DNA of 64,000 bases. Origin: Auanema rhodensis (Eukaryota; Animalia; Nematoda). A model generated the notes under the pieces. It did no database searches. It was not told the origin of the DNA and saw only the letters and a list, made by a program, of their open reading frames with translations. The translations under genes and the position numbers were made by a program. The stretch spans positions 9,796,001 through 9,860,000 of the forward strand of contig OZ059899.1 in NCBI GenBank assembly GCA_964057225.1. The letters are read 5' to 3'. This document shows, one piece after another, positions 26,501 to 40,745 of this stretch. Within the stretch, counting starts at the first letter, position 1, and the number at the start of each line of letters is the position of its first letter.

Positions 26501-29500
26501 GATTTCTCTATGATTACATAAAACTCTCGTTTGATATACAAAAAGGAGAGGAATAACGTTTCCAGGATATCAATGATATCGAATCTAGTGATATTGTAAA
26601 AAAATGTAATGTCAGCTCCATAGTTTTTCTCTTAATTTCTCTCATCACAATAGTCTTAGTTTTTTTTTCATAAGAGTTTCTGAAATCTTAGTTGAACAAG
26701 GCAGTATATATTTTTTTCTGGAATTCGAAAGCATTTGGGATGGAAATTAGAAAGAAAAGAACTAGTTTTTCCTACTTTAAAACAAACAATAAGAAATAAA
26801 ATGAAAAAGATTGTTAGATATCCTATTTAAACTTATACATTTACTTCGATAAAGAGCCTATTAGTTTGAAATTTTATGTCTCACAGTTCTCCAACAGAAC
26901 AGACTGATCCTGATTTCTCTATGATTACATAAAACTCTCGTTTGATATACAAAAAGGAGAGGAATAACGTTTCCAGGATATCAATGATATCGAATCTAGT
27001 GATATTGTAGAAAAATGTAATGTCAGCTCCATAGGTTTTCTCTTAATTTCTCTCATCACAATAGTCTTAGTTTTTTTTTCATAAGAGTTGTTGAAATCTT
27101 AGTTGAACAAGGCAGTATATATTTTTTTCTGGAATTCGAAAGCATTTGGGATGGAAATTAGAAAAAAAAGAACTAGTTTTTCCTACTTTAAAACAAACAA
27201 TAAGAAATAAAATGAAAAAGATTGTTAGATATCCAATTTAAACTTATACATTTACTTCGATAAAGAGCCTATTAGTTTGAAATTTTATGTCTTACAGTTC
27301 TCCAACAGAACAGACTGATCCTGATTTCTCTATGATTACATAAAACTCTCGTTTGATATACAAAAAGGAGAGGAATAACGTTTCCAGGATATCAATGATA
27401 TCGAATCTAGTGATATTGTAGAAAAATGTAATGTCAGCTCCATAGGTTTTCTCTTAATTTCTCTCATCACAATAGTCTTAGTTTTTTTTTCATAAGAGTT
27501 TCTGAAATCTTAGTTGAACAAGGCAGTATATATTTTTTTCTGGAATTCGAAAGCATTTGGGATGGAAATTAGAAAGAAAAGAACTAGTTTTTCCTACTTT
27601 AAAACAAACAATAAGAAATAAAATGAAAAAGATTGTTAGATATCCAATTTAAACTTATACATTTACTTCGATAAAGAGCCTATTAGTTTGAAATTTTATG
27701 TCTTACAGTTCTCCAACAGAATAGACTGATCCTGATTTCTCTATGATTACATAAAACTCTCGTTTGATATACAAAATAGAGAGGAATAACGTTTCCAGGA
27801 TATCAATGATATCAAATCTAGTGATATTGTAGGAAAATGTAATGTCAGCTCCATAGTTTTTCTCTTAATTTCTCTCATCACAATAGTCTTAGTTTTTTTT
27901 CATAAGAGTTGTTGAAATCTTAGTTGAACAAGGCAGTATATATTTTTTTCTGGAATTCGAAAGCATTTGGGATGGAAATTAGAAAGAAAAGAACTAGTTT
28001 TTCCTACTTTAAAACAAACAATAAGAAATAAAATGAAAAAGATTGTTAGATATCCAATTTAAACTTATACATTTACTTCGATAAAGAGCCTATTAGTTTG
28101 AAATTTTATGTCTTACAGTTCTCCAACAGAACAGACTGATCCTGATTTCTCTATGATTACATAAAACTCTCGTTTGATATACAAAAAGGAGAGGAATAAC
28201 GTTTCCAGGATATCAATGATATCGAATCTAGTGATATTGTAGAAAAATGTAATGTCAGCTCCATAGTTTTTCTCTTAATTTCTCTCATCACAATAGTCTT
28301 AGTTTTTTTTCATAAGAGTTTCTGAAATCTTAGTTGAACAAGGCAGTATATATTTTTTTCTGGAATTCGAAAGCATTTGGGATGGAAATTAGAAAGAAAA
28401 GAACTAGTTTTTCCTACTTTAAAACAAACAATAAGAAATAAAATGAAAAAGATTGTTAGATATCCAATTTAAACTTATACATTTACTTCGATAAAGAGCC
28501 TATTAGTTTGAAATTTTATGTCTTACAGTTCTCCAACAGAATAGACTGATCCTGATTTCTCTATGATTACATAAAACTCTCGTTTGATATACAAAATAGA
28601 GAGGAATAACGTTTCCAGGATATCAATGATATCGAATCTAGTGATATTGTAGAAAAATGTAATGTCAGCTCCATAGGTTTTCTCTTAATTTCTCTCATCA
28701 CAATAGTCTTAGTTTTTTTTTCATAAGAGTTTCTGAAATCTTAGTTGAACAAGGCAGTATATATTTTTTTCTGGAATTCGAAAGCATTTGGGATGGAAAT
28801 TAGAAAGAAAAGAACTAGTTTTTCCTACTTTAAAACAAACAATAAGAAATAAAATGAAAAAGATTGTTAGATATCCAATTTAAACTTATACATTTACTTC
28901 GATAAAGAGCCTATTAGTTTGAAATTTTATGTCTTACAGTTCTCCAACAGAATAGACTGATCCTGATTTCTCTATGATTACATAAAACTCTCGTTTGATA
29001 TACAAAATAGAGAGGAATAACGTTTCCAGGATATCAATGATATCGAATCTAGTGATATTGTAGAAAAATGTAATGTCAGCTCCATAGGTTTTCTCTTAAT
29101 TTCTCTCATCACAATAGTCTTAGTTTTTTTTTCATAAGAGTTTCTGAAATCTTAGTTGAACAAGGCAGTATATATTTTTTTCTGGAATTCGAAAGCATTT
29201 GGGATGGAAATTAGAAAGAAAAGAACTAGTTTTTCCTACTTTAAAACAAACAATAAGAAATAAAATGAAAAAGATTGTTAGATATCCAATTTAAACTTAT
29301 ACATTTACTTCGATAAAGAGCCTATTAGTTTGAAATTTTATGTCTTACAGTTCTCCAACAGAATAGACTGATCCTGATTTCTCTATGATTACATAAAACT
29401 CTCGTTTGATATACAAAATAGAGAGGAATAACGTTTCCAGGATATCAATGATATCAAATCTAGTGATATTGTAGGAAAATGTAATGTCAGCTCCATAGTT

Positions 29501-32500
29501 TTTCTCTTAATTTCTCTCATCACAATAGTCTTAGTTTTTTTCCATAAGAGTTGTTGAAATCTTAGTTGAACAAGGCAGTATATATTTTTTTCTGGAATTC
29601 GAAAGCATTTGGGATGGAAATTAGAAAGAAAAGAACTAGTTTTTCCTACTTTAAAACAAACAATAAGAAATAAAATGAAAAAGATTGTTAGAAATCCAAT
29701 TTAAACTTATACATTTACTTTGATAAAGAGCCTATTAGTTTGAAATTTTATGTCTCACAGTTCTCCAACAGAACAGACTGATCCTGATTTCTCTATGATT
29801 ACATAAAACTCTCGTTTGATATACAAAAAGGAGAGGAATAACGTTTCCAGGATATCAATGATATCGAATCTAGTGATATTGTAGAAAAATGTAATGTCAG
29901 CTCCATAGTTTTTCTCTTAATTTCTCTCATCACAATAGTCTTAGTTTTTTTTCATAAGAGTTTCTGAAATCTTAGTTGAACAAGGCAGTATATATTTTTT
30001 TCTGGAATTCGAAAGCATTTGGGATGGAAATTAGAAAAAAAAGAACTGGTTTTTCCTACTTTAAAACAAACAATAAGAAATAAAATGAAAAAGATTGTTA
30101 GATATCCAATTTAAACTTATACATTTACTTCGATAAAGAGCCTATTAGTTTGAAATTTTATGTCTTACAGTTCTCCAACAGAACAGACTGATCCTGATTT
30201 CTCTATGATTACATAAAACTCCCGTTTGATATACAAAATAGAGAGGAATAACGTTTCCAGGATATCAATGATATCGAATCTAGTGATATTGTGGAAAAAT
30301 GTAATGTCAGCTCCATAGTTTTTCTCTTAATTTCTCTCATCACAATAGTCTTAGTTTTTTTTTCATAAGAGTTTCTGAAATCTTAGTTGAACAAGGCAGT
30401 ATATATTTTTTTCTGGAATTCGAAAGCATTTGGGATGGAAATTAGAAAGAAAAGAACTAGTTTTTCCTACTTTAAAACAAACAATAAGAAATAAAATGAA
30501 AAAGATTGTTAGATATCCAATTTAAACTTATACATTTACTTCGATAAAGAGCCTATTAGTTTGAAATTTTATGTCTTACAGTTCTCCAACAGAACAGACT
30601 GATCCTGATTTCTCTATGATTACATAAAACTCTCGTTTGATATACAAAAAGGAGAGGAATAACGTTTCCAGGATATCAATGATATCGAATCTAGTGATAT
30701 TGTAGAAAAATGTAATGTCAGCTCCATAGTTTTTCTCTTAATTTCTCTCATCACAATAGTCTTAGTTTTTTTTCATAAGAGTTTCTGAAATCTTAGTTGA
30801 ACAAAGCAGTATATATTTTTTTCTGGAATTCGAAAGCATTTGGGATGGAAATTAGAAAGAAAAGAACTAGTTTTTCCTACTTTAAAACAAACAATAAGAA
30901 ATAAAATGAAAAAGATTGTTAGATATCCAATTTAAACTTATACATTTACTTCGATAAAGAGCCTATTAGTTTGAAATTTTATGTCTTACAGTTCTCCAAC
31001 AGAACAGACTGATCCTGATTTCTCTATGATTACATAAAACTCTCGTTTGATATACAAAATAGAGAGGAATAACGTTTCCAGGATATCAATGATATCGAAT
31101 CTAGTGATATTGTAGAAAAATGTAATGTCAGCTCCATAGTTTTTCTCTTAATTTCTCTCATCACAATAGTCTTAGTTTTTTTTCATAAGAGTTTCTGAAA
31201 TCTTAGTTGAACAAAGCAGTATATATTTTTTTCTGGAATTCGAAAGCATTTGGGATGGAAATTAGAAAGAAAAGAACTAGTTTTTCCTACTTTAAAACAA
31301 ACAATAAGAAATAAAATGAAAAAGATTGTTAGATATCCAATTTAAACTTATACATTTACTTCGATAAAGAGCCTATTAGTTTGAAATTTTATGTCTTACA
31401 GTTCTCCAACAGAACAGACTGATCCTGATTTCTCTATGATTACATAAAACTCTCGTTTGATATACAAAAAGGAGAGGAATAACGTTTCCAGGATATCAAT
31501 GATATCGAATCTAGTGATATTGTAGAAAAATGTAATGTCAGCTCCATAGTTTTTCTCTTAATTTCTCTCATCACAATAGTCTTAGTTTTTTTTCATAAGA
31601 GTTTCTGAAATCTTAGTTGAACAAGGCAGTATATATTTTTTTCTGGAATTCGAAAGCATTTGGGATGGAAATTAGAAAGAAAAGAACTAGTTTTTCCTAC
31701 TTTAAAACAAACAATAAGAAATAAAATGAAAAAGATTGTTAGATATCCAATTTAAACTTATACATTTACTTCGATAAAGAGCCTATTAGTTTGAAATTTT
31801 ATGTCTTACAGTTCTCCAACAGAACAGACTGATCCTGATTTCTCTATGATTACATAAAACTCTCGTTTGATATACAAAAAGGAGAGGAATAACGTTTCCA
31901 GGATATCAATGATATCGAATCTAGTGATATTGTGGAAAAATGTAATGTCAGCTCCATAGTTTTTTTCTTAATTTCTCTCATCACAATAGTCTTAGTTTTT
32001 TTTTCATAAGAGTTTCTGAAATCTTAGTTGAACAAGGCAGTATATATTTTTTTCTGGAATTCGAAAGCATTTGGGATGGAAATTAGAAAGAAAAGAACTA
32101 GTTTTTCCTACTTTAAAACAAACAATAAGAAATAAAATGAAAAAGATTGTTAGATATCCAATTTAAACTTATACATTTACTTCGATAAAGAGCCTATTAG
32201 TTTGAAATTTTATGTCTTACAGTTCTCCAACAGAACAGACTGATCCTGATTTCTCTATGATTACATAAAACTCTCGTTTGATATACAAAATAGAGAGGAA
32301 TAACGTTTCCAGGATATCAATGATATCGAATCTAGTGATATTGTGGGAAAATGTAATGTCAGCTCCATAGTTTTTCTCTTAATTTCTCTCATCACAATAG
32401 TCTTAGTTTTTTTTTCATAAGAGTTTCTGAAATCTTAGTTGAACAAGGCAGTATATATTTTTTTCTGGAATTCGAAAGCATTTGGGATGGAAATTAGAAA

Positions 32501-35500
32501 GAAAAGAACTAGTTTTTCTTACTTTAAAACAAACAATAAGAAATAAAATGAAAAAGATTGTTAGATATCCAATTTAAACTTATACATTTACTTCGATAAA
32601 GAGCCTATTAGTTTGAAATTTTATGTCTTACAGTTCTCCAACAGAACAGACTGATCCTGATTTCTCTATGATTACATAAAACTCTCGTTTGATATACAAA
32701 AAGGAGAGGAATAACGTTTTCAGGATATCAATGATATCGAATCTAGTGATATTGTGGAAAAATGTAATGTCAGCTCCATAGTTGTTTTCTTAATTTCTCT
32801 CATCACAATAGTCTTAGTTTTTTTTTCATAAGAGTTTCTGAAATCTTAGTTGAACAAGGCAGTATATATTTTTTTCTGGAATTCGAAAGCATTTGGGATG
32901 GAAATTAGAAAGAAAAGAACTAGTTTTTCCTACTTTAAAACAAACAATAAGAAATAAAATGAAAAAGATTGTTAGATATCCAATTTAAACTTATACATTT
33001 ATTTCGATAAAGAGCCTATTAGTTTGAAATTTTATGTCTTACAGTTCTCCAACAGAACAGACTGATCCTGATTTCTCTATGATTACATAAAACTCTCGTT
33101 TGATATACAAAATAGAGAGGAATAACGTTTCCAGGATATCAATGATATCGAATCTAGTGATATTGTGGAAAAATGTAATGTCAGCTCCATAGTTTTTCTC
33201 TTAATTTCTCTCATCACAATAGTCTTAGTTTTTTTTTCATAAGAGTTTCTGAAATCTTAGTTGAACAAGGCAGTATATATTTTTTTCTGGAATTCGAAAG
33301 CATTTGGGATGGAAATTAGAAAGAAAAGAACTAGTTTTTCTTACTTTAAAACAAACAATAAGAAATAAAATGAAAAAGATTGTCAGATATCCAATTTAAA
33401 CTTATACATTTACTTCGATAAAGAGCCTATTAGTTTGAAATTTTATGTCTTACAGTTCTCCAACAGAACAGACTGATCCTGATTTCTCTATGATTACATA
33501 AAACTCTCGTTTGATATACAAAAAGGAGAGGAATAACGTTTCCAGGATATCAATGATATCGAATCTAGTGATATTGTAGAAAAATGTAATGTCAGCTCCA
33601 TAGTTTTTCTCTTAATTTCTCTCATCACAATAGTCTTAGTTTTTTTTCATGAGAGTTTCTGAAATCTTAGTTGAACAAGGCAGTATATATTTTTTTCTGG
33701 AATTCGAAAGCATTTAGGATGGAAATTAGAAAGAAAAGAACTAGTTTTTCCTACTTTAAAACAAACAATAAGAAATAAAATGAAAAAGATTGTTAGATAT
33801 CCAATTTAAACTTATACATTTACTTCGATAAAAAGCCTATTAGTTTGAAATTTTATGTCTTACAGTTCTCCAACAGAACAGACTGATCCTGATTTCTCTA
33901 TGATTACATAAAACTCTCGTTTGATATACAAAATAGAGAGGAATAACGTTTCCAGGATATCAATGATATCGAATCTAGTGATATTGTAGAAAAATGTAAT
34001 GTCAGCTCCATAGTTTTTCTCTTAATTTCTCTCATCACAATAGTCTTAGTTTTTTTTTCATAAGAGTTTCTGAAATCTTAGTTGAACAAGGCAGTATATA
34101 TTTTTTTCTGGAATTCGAAAGCATTTGGGATGGAAATTAGAAAGAAAAGAACTAGTTTTTCTTACTTTAAAACAAACAATAAGAAATAAAATGAAAAAGA
34201 TTGTTAGATATCCAATTTAAACTTATACATTTACTTCGATAAAGAGCCTATTAGTTTGAAATTTTATGTCTTACAGTTCTCCAACAGAACAGACTGATCC
34301 TGATTTCTCTATGATTACATAAAACTCTCGTTTGATATACAAAAAGGAGAGGAATAACGTTTCCAGGATATCAATGATATCGAATCTAGTGATATTGTAG
34401 AAAAATGTAATGTCAGCTCCATAGTTTTTCTCTTAATTTCTCTCATCACAATAGTCTTAGTTTTTTTTTCATAAGAGTTTCTGAAATCTTAGTTGAACAA
34501 GGCAGTATATATTTTTTTCTGGAATTCGAAAGCATTTGGGATGGAAATTAGAAAGAAAAGAACTAGTTTTTCCTACTTTAAAACAAACAATAAGAAATAA
34601 AATGAAAAAGATTGTTAGATATCCAATTTAAACTTATACATTTACTTCGATAAAGAGCCTATTAGTTTGAAATTTTATGTCTTACAGTTCTCCAACAGAA
34701 CAGACTGATCCTGATTTCTCTATGATTACATAAAACTCTTGTTTGATATACAAAATAGAGAGGAATAACGTTTCCAGGATATCAATGATATCGAATCTAG
34801 TGATATTGTGGAAAAATGTAATGTCAGCTCCATAGTTTTTCTCTTAATTTCTCTCATCACAATAGTCTTAGTTTTTTTTTCATAAGAGTTTCTGAAATCT
34901 TAGTTGAACAAGGCAGTATATATTTTTTTCTGGAATTCGAAAGCATTTGGGATGGAAATTAGAAAGAAAAGAACTAGTTTTTCTTACTTTAAAACAAACA
35001 ATAAGAAATAAAATGAAAAAGATTGTTAGATATCCAATTTAAACTTATACATTTACTTCGATAAAGAGCCTATTAGTTTGAAATTTTATGTCTTACAGTT
35101 CTCCAACAGAACAGACTGATCCTGATTTCTCTATGATTACATAAAACTCTCGTTTGATATACAAAAAGGAGAGGAATAACGTTTCCAGGATATCAATGAT
35201 ATCGAATCTAGTGATATTGTAGAAAAATGTAATGTCAGCTCCATAGTTTTTCTCTTAATTTCTCTCATCACAATAGTCTTAGTTTTTTTTCATGAGAGTT
35301 TCTGAAATCTTAGTTGAACAAGGCAGTATATATTTTTTTCTGGAATTCGAAAGCATTTAGGATGGAAATTAGAAAGAAAAGAACTAGTTTTTCCTACTTT
35401 AAAACAAACAATAAGAAATAAAATGAAAAAGATTGTTAGATATCCAATTTAAACTTATACATTTACTTCGATAAAGAGCCTATTAGTTTGAAATTTTATG

Positions 35501-35731
35501 TCTTACAGTTCTCCAACAGAACAGACTGATCCTGATTTCTCTATGATTTCATAAAACTCTCGTTTGATATACAAAAAGGAGAGGAATAACGTTTCCAGGA
35601 TATCAATGATATCGAATCTAGTGATATTGTAGAAAAATGTAATGTCAGCTCCATAGTTTTTCTCTTAATTTCTCTCATCACAATAGTCTTAGTTTTTTTT
35701 CATAAGAGTTTCTGAAATCTTAGTTGAACAA

Positions 35732-35804
35732 GGCCGCGTGGCGCAATGGATAACGCGTCTGCCTACGGAGCAGAAGATTGTAGGTTCGAATCCTGCCGTG
35801 GTCG
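35732..35804 (+). tRNA. tRNA-Arg(ACG)
   Basis: Identical to the copy at 2546; T6 terminator. Confidence 0.97.
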
Positions 35805-38800
35805 TAAATTTTTTCATTTCACTTGTCATTTATAAAAATCGAATTTATCTTCTTCAACGATTATTTTTGCAATGTGTCATAAGAATTTCATAGTTGAACA
35901 AAACGTTTTTTGAGAAGTTTTTTTGTTGTCAACATATATATTTTCCTGGAATTCGAAAGCATTTGGGATGGAAATTAGAAAGAAAAGAACTAGTTTTTCC
36001 TACTTTAAAACAAACAATAAGAAATAAAATGAAAAAGATTGTTAGATATCCAATTTAAACTTATACATTTACTTCGATAAAGAGCCTATTAGTTTGAAAT
36101 TTTATGTCTTACAGTTCTCCAACAGAACAGACTGATCCTGATTTCTCTATGATTACATAAAACTCTCGTTTGATATACAAAATAGAGAGGAATAACGTTT
36201 CCAGGATATCAATGATATCGAATCTAGTGATATTGTAAAAAAATGTAATGTCAGCTCCATAGTTTTTCTCTTAATTTCTCTCATCACAATAGTCTTAGTT
36301 TTTTTTCATAAGAGTTTCTGAAATCTTAGTTGAACAAGGCAGTATATATTTTTTTCTGGAATTCGAAAGCATTTGGGATGGAAATTAGAAAGAAAAGAAC
36401 TAGTTTTTCCTACTTTAAAACAAACAAAAAAAATTAAATAAAAAAGATTGTTAGATATCCAACTTAAACTTATACATTTACTTCGATAAAGAGCCTATTA
36501 GTTTCAAATTTTATGACTTACAGTTCTCCAACAGAACAGACTGATCCTGATTTCTCTATGATTACATGAAACTCTCGTTTGATATACAAAATAGAGAAGA
36601 ATAACGTTTCCAGGATATCAATGATATCGAATCTAGTGATATTGTAGAAAAATGTAATGTCAGCTCCATAGTTTTTCTCTTAATTTCTCTCATCACAATA
36701 GTCTTAGTTTTTTTTCATAAGAGTTTCTGAAATCTTAGTTGAACAAGGCAGTATATATTTTTTTCTGGAATTCGAAAGCATTTGGGATGGAAATTAGAAA
36801 GAAAAGAACTATTTTTTCCTACTTTTAAACAAACAATAAGAAATAAAATGAAAAAGATTGTTAGATATCCAATTTAAACTTATACATTTACTTCGATAAA
36901 GAGCCTATTAGTTTGAAATTTTATGTCTTACAGTTCTCCAACAGAACAGACTGATCCTGATTTCTCTATGATTACATAAAACTCTCGTTTGATATACAAA
37001 ATAGAGAGGAATAACGTTTCCAGGATATCAATGATATCGAATCTAGTGATATTGTAGAAAAATGTAATGTCAGCTCCATAGTTTTTCTCTTAATTTCTCT
37101 CATCACAATAGTCTTAGTTTTTTTTCATAAGAGTTTCTGAAATCTTAGTTGAACAAGGCAGTATATATTTTTTTCTGGAATTCGAAAGCATTTGGGATGG
37201 AAATTAGAAAGAAAAGAACTAGTTTTTCCTACTTTAAAACAAACAATAAGAAAAAAAATGAAAAAGATTGTTAGATATCCAATTTAAACTTATACATTTA
37301 CTTCGATAAAGAGCCTATTAGTTTGAAATTTTATGTCTTACAGTTCTTCAACAGAACAGACTGATCCTGATTTCTCTATGATTACATAAAACTCTCGTTT
37401 GATATACAAAATAGAGAGGAATAACGTTTCCAGGATATCAATGATATCGAATCTAGTGATATTGTAGAAAAATGTAATGTCAGCTCCATAGTTTTTCTCT
37501 TAATTTCTCTCATCACAATAGTCTTAGTTTTTTTTCATAAGAGTTTCTGAAATCTTAGTTGAACAAGGCAGTATATATTTTTTTCTGGAATTCGAAAGCA
37601 TTTGGGATGGAAATTAGAAAGAAAAGAACTAGTTTTTCCTACTTTAAAACAAACAATAAGAAAAAAAATGAAAAAGATTGTTAGATATCCAATTTAAACT
37701 TATACATTTACTTCGATAAAGAGCCTATTAGTTTGAAATTTTATGTCTTACAGTTCTCCAACAGAACAGACTGATCCTGATTTCTCTATGATTACATAAA
37801 ACTCTCGTTTGATATACAAAATAGAGAGGAATAACGTTTCCAGGATATCAATGATATCGAATCTAGTGATATTGTAGAAAAATTTAATGTCAGCTCCATA
37901 GTTTTTCTCTTAATTTCTCTCATCACAATAGTCTTAGTTTTTTTTCATAAGAGTTTCTGAAATCTTAGTTGAACAAGGCAGTATATATTTTTTTCTGGAA
38001 TTCGAAAGCATTTGGGATGGAAATTAGAAAGAAAAGAACTAGTTTTTCCTACTTTAAAACAAACAATAAGAAATAAAATGAAAAAGATTGTTAGATATCC
38101 AATTTAAACTTATACATTTTCTTCGATAAAGAGCCTATTAGTTTGAAATTTTATGTCTTACAGTTCTCCAACAGAACAGACTGATCCTGATTTCTCTATG
38201 ATTACATAAAACTCCCGTTTGATATACAAAATAGAGAGGAATAACGTTTCCAGGATATCAATGATATCGAATCTAGTGATATTGTGGAAAAATGTAATGT
38301 CAGCTCCATAGTTTTTCTCTTAATTTCTCTCATCACAATAGTCTTAGTTTTTTTTCATAAGAGTTTCTGAAATCTTAGTTGAACAAGGCAGTATATATTT
38401 TTTTCTGGAATTCGAAAGCATTTGGGATGGAAATTAGAAAGAAAAGAACTAGTTTTTCCTACTTTAAAACAAACAATAAGAAATAAAATGAAAAAGATTG
38501 TTAGATATCCAATTTAAACTTATACATTTTCTTCGATAAAGAGCCTATTAGTTTGAAATTTTATGTCTTACAGTTCTCCAACAGAACAGACTGATCCTGA
38601 TTTCTCTATGATCACATAAAACTCTCGTTTGATATACAAAAAGGAGAGGAATAACGTTTCCAGGATATCAATGATATCGAATCTAGTGATATTGTAGAAA
38701 AATGTAATGTCAGCTCCATAGTTTTTCTCTTAATTTCTCTCATCACAATAGTCTTAGTTTTTTTTCATAAGAGTTTCTGAAATCTTAGTTGAACAAGGCA

Positions 38801-39206
38801 GTATATATTTTTTTCTGGAATTCGAAAGCATTTGGGATGGAAATTAGAAAGAAAAGAACTAGTTTTTCCTACTTTAAAACAAACAATAAGAAATAAAATG
38901 AAAAAGATTGTTAGATATCCAATTTAAACTTATACATTTTCTTCGATAAAGAGCCTATTAGTTTGAAATTTTATGTCTTACAGTTCTCCAACAGAACAGA
39001 CTGATCCTGATTTCTCTATGATTACATAAAACTCTCGTTTGATATACAAAAAGGAGAGGAATAACGTTTCCAGGATATCAATGATATCGAATCTAGTGAT
39101 ATTGTAGAAAAATGTAATGTCAGCTCCATAGTTTTTCTCTTAATTTCTCTCATCACAATAGTCTTAGTTTTTTTTCATAAGAGTTTCTGAAATCTTAGTT
39201 GAACAA

Positions 39207-39279
39207 GGCCGCGTGGCGCAATGGATAACGCGTCTGCCTACGGAGCAGAAGATTGTAGGTTCGAATCCTGCCGTGGTCG
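39207..39279 (+). tRNA. tRNA-Arg(ACG)
   Basis: Identical to the copy at 2546. Confidence 0.97.
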
Positions 39280-39655
39280 TAAATTTTTTTCATTTCACTT
39301 GTCATTTATAAAAATCGAATTTATCTTCTTCAACGATTATTTTTGCAATGTGTCATAAGAATTTCATAGTTGAACAAAACGTTTTTTAAGAAGTTTTTTT
39401 GTTGTCAACATATATATTTTCCTGGAATTCGAAAGCATTTGGGAACAGACTGATCCTGATTTCTCTATGATTACATAAAACTCTCGTTTGATATACAAAA
39501 TAGAGAAGAATAACGTTTCCAGGATATCAATGATATCGAATCTAGTGATATTGTAGAAAAATGTAATGTCAGCTCCATAGTTTTTCTCTTAATTTCTCTC
39601 ATCACAATAGTCTTAGTTTTTTTTCATAAGAGTTTCTGAAATCTTAGTTGAACAA
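39207..39655. repeat. 449-bp tRNA-bearing unit with a 158-bp deletion (7 copies)
   Basis: Junction GCATTTGGGA/ACAGACTG at 39444, 42747, 44426, 47122, 48801, 53532 and 57261. Confidence 0.92.
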
Positions 39656-40065
39656 GGCAGTATATATTTTTTTCTGGAATTCGAAAGCATTTGGGATGGA
39701 AATTAGAAAGAAAAGAACTAGTTTTTCCTACTTTAAAACAAACAATAAGAAATAAAATGAAAAAGATTGTTAGATATCCAATTTAAACTTATACATTTAC
39801 TTCGATAAAGAGCCTATTAGTTTGAAATTTTATGTCTTACAGTTCTCCAACAGAACAGACTGATCCTGATTTCTCTATGATTACATAAAACTCTCGTTTG
39901 ATATACAAAAAGGAGAGGAATAACGTTTCCAGGATATCAATGATATCGAATCTAGTGATATTGTAGAAAAATGTAATGTCAGCTCCATAGTTTTTCTCTT
40001 AATTTCTCTCATCACAATAGTCTTAGTTTTTTTTCATAAGAGTTTCTGAAATCTTAGTTGAACAA

Positions 40066-40138
40066 GGCCGCGTGGCGCAATGGATAACGCGTCTGCCTAC
40101 GGAGCAGAAGATTGTAGGTTCGAATCCTGCCGTGGTCG
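40066..40138 (+). tRNA. tRNA-Arg(ACG)
   Basis: Identical to the copy at 2546. Confidence 0.97.
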
Positions 40139-40672
40139 TAATTTTTTTTCATTTCACTTGTCATTTATAAAAATCGAATTTATCTTCTTCAACGATTTGT
40201 TTTGCAATGTGTCATAAGAATTTCATAGTTGAACAAAACGTTCTTTAAGAAGTTTTTTTGTTGTCAACATATATATTTTCCTGGAATTCGAAAGCATTTG
40301 GGATGGAAATTAGAAAGAAAAGAACTAGTTTTTTCTACTTTAAAACAAACAATAAGAAATAAAATGAAAAAGATTGTTAGATATCCAATTTAAACTTATA
40401 CATTTACTTCGATAAAGAGCCTATTAGTTTGAAATTTTATGTCTTACAGTTCTCCAACAGAACAGACTGATCCTGATTTCTCTATGATTACATAAAACTC
40501 TCGTTTGATATACAAAAAGGAGAGGAATAACGTTTCCAGGATATCAATGATATCGAATCTAGTGATATTGTAGAAAAATGTAATGTCAGCTCCATAGTTT
40601 TTCTCTTAATTTCTCTCATCACAATAGTCTTAGTTTTTTTTCATAAGAGTTTCTGAAATCTTAGTTGAACAA

Positions 40673-40745
40673 GGCCGCGTGGCGCAATGGATAACGCGTC
40701 TGCCTACGGAGCAGAAGATTGTAGGTTCGAATCCTGCCGTGGTCG
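40673..40745 (+). tRNA. tRNA-Arg(ACG)
   Basis: Identical to the copy at 2546; 607 bp after the previous copy. Confidence 0.97.
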
